A stretch of DNA of 64,000 bases. Source: Candidatus Omnitrophota bacterium. Its GTDB lineage: Bacteria > Omnitrophota > Gorgyraeia > Zapsychrales > Fredricksoniimonadaceae. This document shows positions 37,837 through 47,881 of this stretch, one piece after another. Each line of letters starts with the position of its first letter. The first letter of the stretch is position 1. A program made the position numbers and the translations under genes. The stretch covers positions 57-64,056 of the forward strand of contig JADFZK010000002.1 of the NCBI GenBank assembly GCA_015232565.1, in the 5' to 3' direction. Below the pieces are notes generated by a model, which was not told the DNA's origin, searched no databases, and was given only the letters and a program-made list of their open reading frames with translations.

Positions 37837-39608
37837 CAAGCATAATAAAGAAATTGGGTTCAGTAGGGTTTACAGTACTCATCAGTGCGGGTCTGATCCT
37901 GCTTTTGATCATTTCCACCTCGCTGGAAGCTGTTAACGGCACTCCTTTTGCGCAAAAGATGTTCTATAACACTAAATGGTTTGATCTGGTTATTTCTCTG
38001 TTGTGGATCAATATCTTTTGCTCAACGCTGGTAAGGTTCCCTTTTAAGAAAGCGCATATAGGGTTCTTGATAACTCATATAGGTATTTTGGGCCTTCTGG
38101 CGGGCGCGCTAATTACCAGGACACATAGTATCGAAGGCGAGATGGCGGTTTTCGTTGGGCAGACTGCCGATACCATGATTCAGGATGGCCATGATCTGGT
38201 CATTTATTATCCTAATCAAGACAGTTCGCGTTTTGATCTTAAGAAAGGTGCCTTACAGTTTGATCTTACCAAAGAACGTTTGAATGCCGCTGTGCCTTTT
38301 TGTCCCTTAACAAAAAAGGCTCGCCCTCAAACTAACGGCGACTCAGCAGATCTGGTTAATTTTACGATCAATGAGATCCTTTTGCACGCCGCCGAGAAGA
38401 AAACAATTACACCGGCCATCAGCGGCCCGGTCAATCATGCCATCAAAATTAAAGTCTCCAGTAAACAACTGGCTCAAAATTCTGTTCAATGGCTTGTTGA
38501 ACGTGAACCGGGCAGTGTTGTTACTGCGGATACTGTTATGCTGGGCCCGATACGTACTATTCTGCGGCGTAAGATCTTAACTTCATCCACGGTGGTTGTG
38601 CCGACTCTGCGGATAATGGACCGGGCGGGCAAAGCGCTTATTTCAATTGATATTACTACCGGAGCCTTGCCTAAAAAGATCACCATACCCAAAACCCGTA
38701 TGGTGATCAAGGACCTGACGTATTTTCCTTATGCTTCCGTAGTGGATAAAAAGATCATTAATTTCCCCGAGGGTCAGAAACTTAACCCGGCAGTAGTGTA
38801 TTTTCTGGTAGACGCTCGTGGGGTCGAGACCCGGCAGGTAAAGTTTGCCTACTATCCTGATTTTGAAACCCTGCCTCCGCAAGGCAGTAAGCGATCTGCG
38901 GAACTTCAGGTGCGTTTTTCAGCCGGTGATCCCGAGGATTCCCGGGACCTTTTTGACGGTTTGCAGGTCGGCTTTTCTTACGGCGATAAAGACCTTTGGC
39001 GTTATCAGACCACATATCAGAATAAAGTGCTCAAGGCAGGCGATGTCACTATTGGTAATTGCCTTTCTACCGGCTGGAACGATGTGGAGTTCTGCGTGCA
39101 GGAACTTTCCACCCATGCCACTGTGACTTACGATATTGTTCCGACCAGCGATGTTAACGGCCCGCTGGCAGTTTCGGTGAGTGTGCCGGCATCCGGGAAT
39201 GACAAGATATGGTTATTCGAGGATAAGTTAACCCCGGTCCATTTAACCAAAGGCGACGTTAACTTCGGATTGGAACCCCGGATGTTCACGGTTCCTTTCT
39301 CAGTTACCTTAAAACAATTCCGTAAGATCGATTATCCGGGCACTTTTGACGCGGCCGGATTTGAAAGTGATGTGATCTTAAAAGATCAAAAACGCGGTAT
39401 TACTATTGAGCGGACTATCAGCATGAATCATCCTTTGGAATATGATGGCTTTAAGCTTTTTCAATCTTCTTATTTTACGGATCCTCAGTACGGGCAAGCT
39501 TCGGTTTTTACCGTGGCCCGGAATCCGGGCATTCCCTGGATTTATATCAGCTCAGTTCTGGCCTTGCTGGGGGCGGTTATACTGTTCTACTGGCCTAAAA
39601 AGGAATAA
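37833..39608 (+). CDS. ccsB: Cytochrome c biogenesis protein CcsB/ResB (system II)
   Basis: N-terminal TM helices, a large periplasmic domain and a C-terminal TM; sits immediately upstream of ccsA. Confidence 0.6.
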   Translation: MTSIIKKLGSVGFTVLISAGLILLLIISTSLEAVNGTPFAQKMFYNTKWFDLVISLLWINIFCSTLVRFPFKKAHIGFLITHIGILGLLAGALITRTHSIEGEMAVFVGQTADTMIQDGHDLVIYYPNQDSSRFDLKKGALQFDLTKERLNAAVPFCPLTKKARPQTNGDSADLVNFTINEILLHAAEKKTITPAISGPVNHAIKIKVSSKQLAQNSVQWLVEREPGSVVTADTVMLGPIRTILRRKILTSSTVVVPTLRIMDRAGKALISIDITTGALPKKITIPKTRMVIKDLTYFPYASVVDKKIINFPEGQKLNPAVVYFLVDARGVETRQVKFAYYPDFETLPPQGSKRSAELQVRFSAGDPEDSRDLFDGLQVGFSYGDKDLWRYQTTYQNKVLKAGDVTIGNCLSTGWNDVEFCVQELSTHATVTYDIVPTSDVNGPLAVSVSVPASGNDKIWLFEDKLTPVHLTKGDVNFGLEPRMFTVPFSVTLKQFRKIDYPGTFDAAGFESDVILKDQKRGITIERTISMNHPLEYDGFKLFQSSYFTDPQYGQASVFTVARNPGIPWIYISSVLALLGAVILFYWPKKE

Positions 39609-39616
39609 GTCTAACA

Positions 39617-41167
39617 ATGAAAATATTCACACCATGGCTTCTGTTTCTCCTGGTTCTTTCTGCTTCCCATCCAGTAAATGCTTGTTCTGGACTCGGGGCT
39701 ATTCCTGTTCAACATCATGGCCGGATAAAAGCTTTTTCGGCTTTTGCACAGGAAACTTTGCAATCCATAAGCGGTAAAGATCGGTGGCATGGTCAAAGCG
39801 CAGTTGATTTTATCCTGTTTAATTCCGAACATCCCGCCATCTTCCTGGAACTGCCGCTCATCAGGATAGATCATCCGGTCTTAAAGTCCCGGCTCGGTTT
39901 ACCTTCCGGCGAGAATAATTTCTCCTATCTGAAAATCCAGCCGGCGTTAAGTGTTCTAAAGGTGTTGGTGCAAAGTGCCGCCGCTAAGCGCGAGAAAGAC
40001 GAACGCCCTTCAGCCTTGGAACAGCAGGCCGAGATCTTATACCAGCGTTTTATTACCGTTGAACATTTAAGTACTGGTGAGCGGATAACTGTTATTCCGG
40101 CCAAAGTCGCCTGGGTGTCTCCATACAAGACCGCTGGCCCTCAGGCTGAGACGTTTAAGAAATTAGTGCGGGAATCGGTGATTAACCCTCGGGGATCGTC
40201 TAGCGCGGTTAAGCTATGGTCGGCCCAGGTTGCTGCATCTTTAGAACCCGGCCAGGGGACCAGGATCCAACTCGAAGCTTTTTATTACCTGCTGCGGCCT
40301 TTTTATTATGCCTGGATACTTTATCTGGCTGGTTTTGTTTTATTGCTCTTGACTAGACCGCTGTTCCGTAGCCTGGGTAAATATTTGATCCTGGCCGGAT
40401 TTGTGCTCCATACTGGAGGATTATTACTACGTTGGCTGATATTGCTCAGACCTCCGGTGGCTAACATGTACGAGACCATGATCTTTATGGATTGGGGGTT
40501 GATGTTAACGGTGGGCATTTTTGTGGTCATCCAGAAGCGGGCCGTTTTTCTTTCCAGCGGGGCTTTGGTAAGTGCTTTGGTTATGCTCTATGCCAGGCTG
40601 TTGCCGGTAGACCAGTCATTAGACGTGCTGGCTCCGGTTTTGCGCAGTAGTTACTGGCTTACCGTTCATGTGATCACGATCATTTCCAGTTATAGTCTGT
40701 TTGCTTTCGCCATGGCGGTGGCGCATCGCCATTTGTTCCTGTCCGTAAGGGCCAAAATGAGTCCTCAGGAAGATCAGTTATCAGCTGACACCATCTATCG
40801 TTTATTGCAAGCCGGGCTTATAGCTTTGGGCGCCGGCACTATTCTGGGCGGCGTATGGGCTAATGAAGCCTGGGGGCGTTTCTGGGGCTGGGATCCAAAA
40901 GAAACGTGGGCATTTATTACGTTCCTTGGTTATATGGCTATTTTGCATCTACGTTACAGTAAGAAGCTGAGCAATTTTGCCCTGGCGGTGGGCGGGATAC
41001 TGGGGTTCCTTCTGGTCATCATGACCTGGTACGGCGTAAACTTTGTGCTGGGGCGCGGTATGCACAGTTATGGCGCAGGCTCGGGTGGTTTACAATGGAT
41101 CGTGTATTTTCTGGTTTTTGAAGTTGGGTTTCTTTCTTATGTGGGATTTAAAAGACGCTCTGCTTAG
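39617..41167 (+). CDS. ccsA: Cytochrome c biogenesis protein CcsA/ResC with a roughly 230-aa N-terminal periplasmic extension
   Basis: Trp-rich WWD motif 'WGRFWGWDPKETWAFITFLGYMAILHLRY'; signal peptide plus a soluble N-terminal region preceding the polytopic core. Confidence 0.8.
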   Translation: MKIFTPWLLFLLVLSASHPVNACSGLGAIPVQHHGRIKAFSAFAQETLQSISGKDRWHGQSAVDFILFNSEHPAIFLELPLIRIDHPVLKSRLGLPSGENNFSYLKIQPALSVLKVLVQSAAAKREKDERPSALEQQAEILYQRFITVEHLSTGERITVIPAKVAWVSPYKTAGPQAETFKKLVRESVINPRGSSSAVKLWSAQVAASLEPGQGTRIQLEAFYYLLRPFYYAWILYLAGFVLLLLTRPLFRSLGKYLILAGFVLHTGGLLLRWLILLRPPVANMYETMIFMDWGLMLTVGIFVVIQKRAVFLSSGALVSALVMLYARLLPVDQSLDVLAPVLRSSYWLTVHVITIISSYSLFAFAMAVAHRHLFLSVRAKMSPQEDQLSADTIYRLLQAGLIALGAGTILGGVWANEAWGRFWGWDPKETWAFITFLGYMAILHLRYSKKLSNFALAVGGILGFLLVIMTWYGVNFVLGRGMHSYGAGSGGLQWIVYFLVFEVGFLSYVGFKRRSA

Positions 41168-41185
41168 TTGTTCAACAGGTAACCA

Positions 41186-41845
41186 ATGAAAAACAAAAAT
41201 TATTATCCGGTTAATCTGGATCTTCAGGGCCGTCAGTGTTTGGTGGTGGGTGGGGGAGATATCGCCGGGCATAAGGTCCGGGCGCTTTTAGAATGCGGGG
41301 CATTGGTCACGGTGATAAGTCCGATTATCAAAGCCGGTTTGCAAAGTCTGGTCAGAAGCAAAAAAATCTGTTACATAAAAGACCAATATCAGAAGCAATA
41401 TTTAAAAGGCGTATTTCTGGTGATAGCGGCTACCAATGTGCCGTCAGTCAATTCTATGATCGCCAAACAGGCCGCGGCCCGGAATTTGCTGGTAAATGTT
41501 GTGGATGTGCCGGATTTATGTAATTTTATTGTCCCGGCGGTTATTCGTCGGGGGCCGTTGGTGCTGGGCATTTCCACCAGCGGCCACAGCCCGCTATTTG
41601 CGCAAACTATGAAGGTCAAATGTGAAAAATGCGCGACTCCGGCGTTGGGGTCCTTTATTAAAATGATGGGTGATTCGCGTAAGGAAGTACAGGCTTGTTG
41701 CGACACAACTTCCCGGCGTAAAGATGTTTATATGGAAATGATCAATTCTCCGATGCTGTCATTATTGGAACAGGGTAAAGTGCGTGAAGCCCGGCAGACT
41801 TTACACGATATTATGGCGAGATCAACATGCGGCCCAAAGATATAA
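41186..41845 (+). CDS. sirC: Precorrin-2 dehydrogenase / sirohydrochlorin ferrochelatase (SirC/Met8-like, CysG N-domain)
   Basis: 'CLVVGGGDIAGHKVRALLECGALVTVISP' Rossmann motif typical of the siroheme synthase N-domain. Confidence 0.75.
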   Translation: MKNKNYYPVNLDLQGRQCLVVGGGDIAGHKVRALLECGALVTVISPIIKAGLQSLVRSKKICYIKDQYQKQYLKGVFLVIAATNVPSVNSMIAKQAAARNLLVNVVDVPDLCNFIVPAVIRRGPLVLGISTSGHSPLFAQTMKVKCEKCATPALGSFIKMMGDSRKEVQACCDTTSRRKDVYMEMINSPMLSLLEQGKVREARQTLHDIMARSTCGPKI

Positions 41846-42759
41846 TTGTTGTCGGTACCAGAAACAGCCAGTTGGCGCTTACCCAAACCAGCCAAACCAT
41901 AACGGCCTTAAAGTCACTCTGTCCTGGGCCGGAATTTGTAGTTAAAACTATTTCTACGGCCGGTGATCGGGTGCCCAATAATGAGGCACTGGCCGACCAT
42001 CAAGGGATCTTTGTTAAAGAATTGCAAGACGCCCTTTTACAAGGGAGTATCGACATTGCTGTTCACAGCTTGAAAGATATGCCTTGTGAGATTATGGCCG
42101 GACTTGAATTGGGGGCGGTTAGTGCTCGGGTAACCCCCCAGGACGCCTTCCTGGCGCGCGATAATGTGAGATTTGCTGGCCTGAAACCCAACGCCCGTAT
42201 TGGCACCAGTAGTATACGTCGGCGCGCGCAGGTCTTACTGGCCAGGCCAGACCTGCAGGTAGTTGGCCTGCGCGGGAATGTGGATACCCGCGTTCGTAAA
42301 TTGCAGGCGGGTGAGGTCGACGCTATTATTATTGCCGCCGCCGGGCTCACCAGGATCGGGCTGGATAACCTTATTACCGAGCTGATGCCTTTTGATATTA
42401 TGTTGCCTGCGCCTTGTCAGGGTGCCCTGGGTATCGAGATCCGACAAGGCGATCAGCAGTTAAAAGAAATAATCGCTAAATTCGATCATCAACCGACCCG
42501 GTTAGCGATAATGGCCGAACGGGCTTTTTTAAGCGGCTTGGGCGGCGGTTGCAGTCTTCCGGTAGGGGCTTATGCCGAAGTTTCTGGCCGGGTGCTCACG
42601 CTGAGAGTTCAGGTGGTCAGTCCTAACGGTGATAAATCTCTCCGGCGTACCGTTTCTGGCGATGTAAATAATGCGGACGATCTTGGGCAGGAACTGGCCC
42701 GGGAATTATTAACCTCCGAGGGCGAATGGTTACAGCAAGCATTAGGGATAAAAGCATGA
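41827..42759 (+). CDS. hemC: Hydroxymethylbilane synthase (porphobilinogen deaminase)
   Basis: 'IIVVGTRNSQLALTQT' N-terminus, 'RGNVDTRVRKL' and the cofactor Cys region 'GGGCSLPVGAYA'. Confidence 0.9.
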   Translation: MRPKDIIVVGTRNSQLALTQTSQTITALKSLCPGPEFVVKTISTAGDRVPNNEALADHQGIFVKELQDALLQGSIDIAVHSLKDMPCEIMAGLELGAVSARVTPQDAFLARDNVRFAGLKPNARIGTSSIRRRAQVLLARPDLQVVGLRGNVDTRVRKLQAGEVDAIIIAAAGLTRIGLDNLITELMPFDIMLPAPCQGALGIEIRQGDQQLKEIIAKFDHQPTRLAIMAERAFLSGLGGGCSLPVGAYAEVSGRVLTLRVQVVSPNGDKSLRRTVSGDVNNADDLGQELARELLTSEGEWLQQALGIKA

Positions 42760-44288
42760 ATATCGGCAAAGTTTATCTGGTGGGCGCCGGCCCCGGAGAT
42801 CCAGGGCTAGTGACCCTTAAGGCTGCTCATTGTTTAAAGATCGCGGATGTAGTGGTCTATGACCAGCTGGTCCATCCCGATATTCTGCAACTGGCCGGGA
42901 AGAAAGCCGCGCTGATATTTGGCGGTAAATACCCGCAGAACCATGTGCTGTTTCAGAACGAGATCAATTCCCTGCTGGTTAAACAAGCCCGGCAGGGCAA
43001 GACGGTGGTGCGTTTAAAAGGCGGCGACCCTTTGCTTTTTGGCCGGGGTGCGGAAGAAGCCCTGGAATTGGTCAAAGCGCGGATCCCTTTCGAAATAGTG
43101 CCTGGAGTCAGCTCCGCTTATTCGGTCCCGGCGTATGCCGGTATTCCGGTTACTTATCGTAATATCTCCTCGCGTTTGAATATTGTTACCGGTCATGAAA
43201 CTCCCGACAAAGGAGCGGCCACCATACCCTGGAAGAAGCTGGTCGATAAACACTCGACGCTGGTAATCTTGATGGGTATGGCTAATTTGGCGCAGATCAT
43301 TCAGCAGATCACCAAAGACCCGGCTACTTTAAAAATGCCTATAGCGGTCATTAATAACGGGACGCGTCGTGACCAGCGTGTTGTGACCGGGACTCTGGCT
43401 AATATTGTCACCCGGGTCCAGCAGGAGGGGATCAAGTCGCCAGCCATTATTGTTATAGGGGAAGTGGTTGGTTTACGTGACAAACTGCAATGGTTCAAGC
43501 CCGAACCTTTATTGCACGGAAAGCGCATTTTGGTAACCCGGCCGGAACATCAGGCGGCCGAGATCAGCGCGCTTTTAAAAGGCCATGGCGCCTATGTTAC
43601 AGCTATTCCTTTGATCGAAATCGTTCCGGCGCCGGATACTTTGAAGATCCGGTCCACTCTTAAGAACATTAAGGTCTATGATTGGGTGATATTCACCAGT
43701 GTCAACGGGGTCGATCTTTTTCTTAAGGCGATGAGCCGTAATAAATTGCCCAGGAGTCATCTGCGGAATATAAAATTTGCCGCTATTGGGCGCAAGACTG
43801 CGGATATTCTGGTAAAAGCGGGGCTCAAGGTCGCCTTGATCCCGAAAGATTTCGTTCAGGAGTCATTAGCCGATGAATTGATCCGGAAAGTCAGCCAGGA
43901 TGCGCGCTTACTGCTGGTTCACGCGGAGGGCAGTCGGCCGGTCCTCGAACAGAAACTGCTTTCGGCCGGATTTACTATTGATACAGTTGGGATATATAAA
44001 TCACTGCCGGTCCTGAAGAATCATGCGCGGATCAGGATGATGCTGGCCAGGAAACAGCTCGATGCTGTTCTACTGACCAGTTCTTCCTGTGTGGATAGTT
44101 TTGCGGATATCTTTGCCCGCCGACAGCTCAAAGCTAAAACTAAAGGAGTGGTTATTGGCCTGATCGGCCCGATCAGCGCCGCTACTGCGCGCCAGGTGGG
44201 TTTGCCGGTGACGGTGGAAAGCCGGGAGTTTACGGTCCAAGGCCTTACTAATGCTTTGATTGACCACTATAAGGTGGTTAATCCATGA
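42756..44288 (+). CDS. cobA: Uroporphyrinogen-III C-methyltransferase fused to uroporphyrinogen-III synthase (CobA/HemD)
   Basis: 'VYLVGAGPGDPGLVTLKA' SAM-MT motif N-terminally; C-terminal 'ILVTRPEHQAAE' HemD-like half; ATGA coupling to hemC. Confidence 0.85.
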   Translation: MNIGKVYLVGAGPGDPGLVTLKAAHCLKIADVVVYDQLVHPDILQLAGKKAALIFGGKYPQNHVLFQNEINSLLVKQARQGKTVVRLKGGDPLLFGRGAEEALELVKARIPFEIVPGVSSAYSVPAYAGIPVTYRNISSRLNIVTGHETPDKGAATIPWKKLVDKHSTLVILMGMANLAQIIQQITKDPATLKMPIAVINNGTRRDQRVVTGTLANIVTRVQQEGIKSPAIIVIGEVVGLRDKLQWFKPEPLLHGKRILVTRPEHQAAEISALLKGHGAYVTAIPLIEIVPAPDTLKIRSTLKNIKVYDWVIFTSVNGVDLFLKAMSRNKLPRSHLRNIKFAAIGRKTADILVKAGLKVALIPKDFVQESLADELIRKVSQDARLLLVHAEGSRPVLEQKLLSAGFTIDTVGIYKSLPVLKNHARIRMMLARKQLDAVLLTSSSCVDSFADIFARRQLKAKTKGVVIGLIGPISAATARQVGLPVTVESREFTVQGLTNALIDHYKVVNP

Positions 44289-45460
44289 TCAGTTTCTCCG
44301 GACTGCTGAATGATGTTAATTCCTATGGTGATAATTTACGTTATCGCCGCAGTACTGATGCGTCTAAACGTCGTCCGATCGTGGTCTGGAACTGTACCCG
44401 CCGTTGCAATCTTAATTGTGTGCACTGTTATTCGGATTCTGATGATAAGGATTACCCTTCCGAGTTAACCACCGAAGAAGCCAAAGCCATGATCCGCGGC
44501 TTGCAGGAATTTAATGTTCCGGTATTATTGTTCTCGGGTGGCGAGCCTTTACTGCGCCCGGACCTGTTTGAACTCGATGTTTATGCCCGCGAACGGGGAT
44601 TACGCACGGTGATTTCTACCAATGGCACCCTAATTACTCCCGGGGTCGCTCGCCGAATTAAGGATACCGGCTTTGAGTATATAGGTGTTAGCCTGGATGG
44701 TATTGGTCAGAATAATGACCGTTTTCGCGGTAAGCGCGGGGCGTACGATGCCGCTTTGGCGGGCATAAGGAACCTGGTCGCGGTCGGGCAAAAAGTGGGC
44801 TTGCGCTTTACCATAACCGGTGAGAATTATCAGGATATGCTCCGGCTTTTCGATTTGGTCGAGCAAGAAGCGGTGAACCGGATCTGTTTTTACCATCTGG
44901 CTTATTCCGGCCGGGGGACAGACCTTAGATCCAATGATCTGCCAGCTCAAGAAACCCGCCGGACGATCGATCATATTTTTCAATGGGTTATTTCACTTAA
45001 GGACCGGGGCATCAGTAAAGAAGTCCTTACTGTCGATAACCATGCCGATGGCGCATATTTATATCTAAAAGTCAAAAACCAGGATCCGGCCCGGGCTGAG
45101 GCGATGTATCGATTGTTGCGGGCCAACGGCGGGAATGCGTCGGGGGTGGGCATTGCTAATATCGACAATCAGGGTAATGTGCATGCCGATCAGTTCTGGC
45201 AGAAGGTGTCTTTTGGTAATGTGCGGGAACGTTCTTTCGGTAAAATCTGGACCGATACTTCGCATGAACTTATGCGCCAGCTTAAGGACCGCCAGCCGTT
45301 CTTAAAAGGCCGCTGTCCAAAATGCAAGTTCCTCGATATTTGTAATGGTAATTTACGGGTCCGCGCCTGGGCCGCTAACGGCGATATCTGGGCCGATGAT
45401 CCTGGGTGTTATTTAACTGATGCCGAGGTCTTTGAGACCACGGTGCCGCCAGTCTTATAA
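44285..45460 (+). CDS. ahbC: Radical SAM/SPASM enzyme, NirJ family (Fe-coproporphyrin III synthase AhbC-like)
   Basis: 'CNLNCVHCY' CxxxCxxC; C-terminal SPASM cysteines 'CPKCKFLDICNG...PGCY'; longer N-terminal extension than the second radical SAM. Confidence 0.6.
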   Translation: MISFSGLLNDVNSYGDNLRYRRSTDASKRRPIVVWNCTRRCNLNCVHCYSDSDDKDYPSELTTEEAKAMIRGLQEFNVPVLLFSGGEPLLRPDLFELDVYARERGLRTVISTNGTLITPGVARRIKDTGFEYIGVSLDGIGQNNDRFRGKRGAYDAALAGIRNLVAVGQKVGLRFTITGENYQDMLRLFDLVEQEAVNRICFYHLAYSGRGTDLRSNDLPAQETRRTIDHIFQWVISLKDRGISKEVLTVDNHADGAYLYLKVKNQDPARAEAMYRLLRANGGNASGVGIANIDNQGNVHADQFWQKVSFGNVRERSFGKIWTDTSHELMRQLKDRQPFLKGRCPKCKFLDICNGNLRVRAWAANGDIWADDPGCYLTDAEVFETTVPPVL

Positions 45461-45465
45461 TTATT

Positions 45466-46455
45466 ATGATCAAACACACACCCGATCTTTCTTCCCGTTT
45501 GCAAAAGAACCCGCCCTTACGCGCTTTTGCGCGTCAGGCCTTGGTTATGCCTTTTTTTGTCGTCGAAGGGCGCGGCATCAGAAACGCGGTGCCTTCAATG
45601 CCGGGGGTATACCAGCTCTCGGTCGATCGTTTGATAAAAGAAGTCGCGGCGGCCCGTTCGCTTGGTGTGCCAGCGGTTATCCTTTTTGGCGTTCCGTCGG
45701 CCAAGAATCTTCAGGGTTCGTCTGCTTATGCGGAGGATGGTATTGTTCAGCAGGCTGTTCGGGCGATCAAGAAGCACGTTAAAGATATTCTGGTTATTAC
45801 TGATGTTTGTTTGTGTGAATATACTTCCCATGGTCATTGTGGGGTCTTGCGCTCCTCTTACAAAGGCGCCGGGATAAAGAAACTAACCGATTTTATAGAT
45901 CTTAAAAAGACTTTATATTCTTTAGCCCAGACGGCTCTTTCACATGCCCGGGCCGGCGCGGATATGGTAGCGCCTTCAGCCATGATGCCGCTGCAGGTTG
46001 CGGCTATTCGTTCGTTGCTCGATCAGCAAGGTTTTAAGCCTACTCCTATAATGAGCTATAGCGCCAAGTTCGCTTCGGCTTATTACGGGCCTTTTCGTGA
46101 CGCGGCTGATTCCGCTCCGCAATTTGGTGATCGCCGAACCTATCAGTTGGATCCTGGAAATGCTCAAGCCGCGTTAACTGTGGTTCTGGCCGATATCGCG
46201 CAGGGTGCGGATATTGTTATGGTCAAGCCCGGACTGCCGTATCTGGATATTATTCGTCAGATCAAGGATAAGATCAATGTTCCACTGGCGGTATATAACG
46301 TGAGCGGAGAATATGCAATGGTTAAATCCGCGGCCCAAAAAGGCTGGGTGGACGAGAAAAAGATCATGCTGGAAAACTTTAACTCTTTTAAACGTGCCGG
46401 GGCCGGGATCGTGATCAGTTATCATGCCTGCGACCTGGCGGGATGGTTAAAATGA
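45466..46455 (+). CDS. hemB: Porphobilinogen synthase (ALA dehydratase)
   Basis: 'TDVCLCEYTSHGHCG' metal-binding Cys triad, active-site 'VKPG' and 'SGEYAM'. Confidence 0.9.
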   Translation: MIKHTPDLSSRLQKNPPLRAFARQALVMPFFVVEGRGIRNAVPSMPGVYQLSVDRLIKEVAAARSLGVPAVILFGVPSAKNLQGSSAYAEDGIVQQAVRAIKKHVKDILVITDVCLCEYTSHGHCGVLRSSYKGAGIKKLTDFIDLKKTLYSLAQTALSHARAGADMVAPSAMMPLQVAAIRSLLDQQGFKPTPIMSYSAKFASAYYGPFRDAADSAPQFGDRRTYQLDPGNAQAALTVVLADIAQGADIVMVKPGLPYLDIIRQIKDKINVPLAVYNVSGEYAMVKSAAQKGWVDEKKIMLENFNSFKRAGAGIVISYHACDLAGWLK

Positions 46456-47423
46456 TCATCTCCTGGAATATCACTAAAGCTTGTCAGTTAAAATGCCGGC
46501 ATTGCTACCGGGATGCCGGCACCAAAGAAGCGGATGAATTAACTACGGCCGAGGGTAAAGACCTGATCGAACAGATAGCTTTGGCGGGTTTCAAGATCCT
46601 CATAATTAGCGGCGGTGAACCGTTAATGCGGAAAGATGTTTATGAGCTAATTGCCCATGCGAAAGACCATGGCCTGCGCCCGGTATTGGGGACTAATGGT
46701 ATTATGATCGATACCTCCGTTGCCCGCCGGCTTAAAGCGGCTGGTTTAACCCGGGCCGGTATAAGCCTGGATAGCACTAACGAAGCAGTGCATGATGATT
46801 TTCGGCAGGATGCCGGTTCCTGGCAAGGCAGTCTGGCCGGAATGAAGGCCTGTGTGGCCGAGGGCCTGGATTTTCAGATCCACACTACCGTAACCACATA
46901 CAATTATCAAGACGTGGAGAAGATCACCGATCTTGCGGTCAGCCTGGGGGCGAAAGCGCATCATATTTTCTTTTTAGTGCCCACCGGAAGGGGTAAGGAT
47001 CTGGCGGCCGTCATACCGTCCAGTGAGTACCAACTGCTTTTAAAGAAGATCATGCAGAAACAACTCACCGTACCCATTGAGTTAAAGCCGGTCTGCGCTC
47101 CGCAATTTGTGCCTTTGGCGCATGATCTGCACCAGCCTACGCGTTTTACGCGTGGTTGCCTGGCGGGGGTGAGCTATTGTTGTATACTTCCTAATGGCGA
47201 TGTCCATCCTTGCCCGTATTTCCCTATAAAAGTGGGCAATGTACGCAATCAGAAATTCAGCTTAATGTGGCGGGATCACGCGCTTTTTAAAGAATTGCGC
47301 TCAGGCGAATATAACGGTAATTGCGGTGGTTGCCAGCACAAGTCTTCCTGCGGAGGCTGTCGGGCCAGGGCCTATGCCCAGACCGGGAATTATATGGACT
47401 TCGATCCCGAATGTATTTACTAA
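46452..47423 (+). CDS. ahbD: Radical SAM/SPASM enzyme, NirJ family (heme synthase AhbD-like)
   Basis: 'ISWNITKACQLKCRHCY' N-terminal CxxxCxxC; SPASM 'CGGCQHKSSCGGCRA'; ATGA overlap with hemB stop (alternative start 46443). Confidence 0.6.
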   Translation: MIISWNITKACQLKCRHCYRDAGTKEADELTTAEGKDLIEQIALAGFKILIISGGEPLMRKDVYELIAHAKDHGLRPVLGTNGIMIDTSVARRLKAAGLTRAGISLDSTNEAVHDDFRQDAGSWQGSLAGMKACVAEGLDFQIHTTVTTYNYQDVEKITDLAVSLGAKAHHIFFLVPTGRGKDLAAVIPSSEYQLLLKKIMQKQLTVPIELKPVCAPQFVPLAHDLHQPTRFTRGCLAGVSYCCILPNGDVHPCPYFPIKVGNVRNQKFSLMWRDHALFKELRSGEYNGNCGGCQHKSSCGGCRARAYAQTGNYMDFDPECIY

Positions 47424-47426
47424 TTC

Positions 47427-47876
47427 ATGACAAATAAAGACAAAAAATTCCTCAAAGGTTTACAAACCGATTTCCCTTTAGTCCTTCGGCCGTTCGCGGC
47501 TTTGGCGGCGGAACAGGGCTGTTCCGAGAAGGAAATGCTGGGATATTTCAGAAAATTAAAGGCCGACGGCGTTTTGCGTTACATTGCGGTAATGTTTGAC
47601 CTGCGCAAACTGGGAATAGTCTCCAGTTTGATAGCGCTCCGGGTGCCTAAAAGCAAGATCGCCAGAACTGTAAGGATAATTAATGCTTATCCTAATGTGA
47701 GCCATAATTATTTAAGGGACGATGATTATAATATCTGGTTTACTGTCAGTGCTGTTTCCGAGCGCAAGTTACAGGCCATTCTTGCCGATATCAGTCGTAA
47801 AAGCGGGATAACTGATATGCTGAACCTAAGGACCCGTCAGGTATTTAAAAGCCAAGCGGTGTTTGAATTGAAATAA
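47427..47876 (+). CDS. ahbA: Siroheme decarboxylase subunit (AhbA/AhbB, Lrp/AsnC-like NirD/NirL family)
   Basis: About 150 aa with an N-terminal HTH-like region ('FLKGLQTDFPLVLRPF'); paired with a second paralogue; placed next to the ahbC/D radical SAMs. Confidence 0.6.
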   Translation: MTNKDKKFLKGLQTDFPLVLRPFAALAAEQGCSEKEMLGYFRKLKADGVLRYIAVMFDLRKLGIVSSLIALRVPKSKIARTVRIINAYPNVSHNYLRDDDYNIWFTVSAVSERKLQAILADISRKSGITDMLNLRTRQVFKSQAVFELK

Positions 47877-47881
47877 ATCGT

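Noticed and set aside
39617-41167. ccsA as a Helicobacter-type ccsBA fusion
   Set aside because: ccsB is clearly a separate upstream gene (37833-39608) with its own stop. The N-terminal extension of ccsA is soluble and unlike ResB, so it is reported only as an unusual extension.
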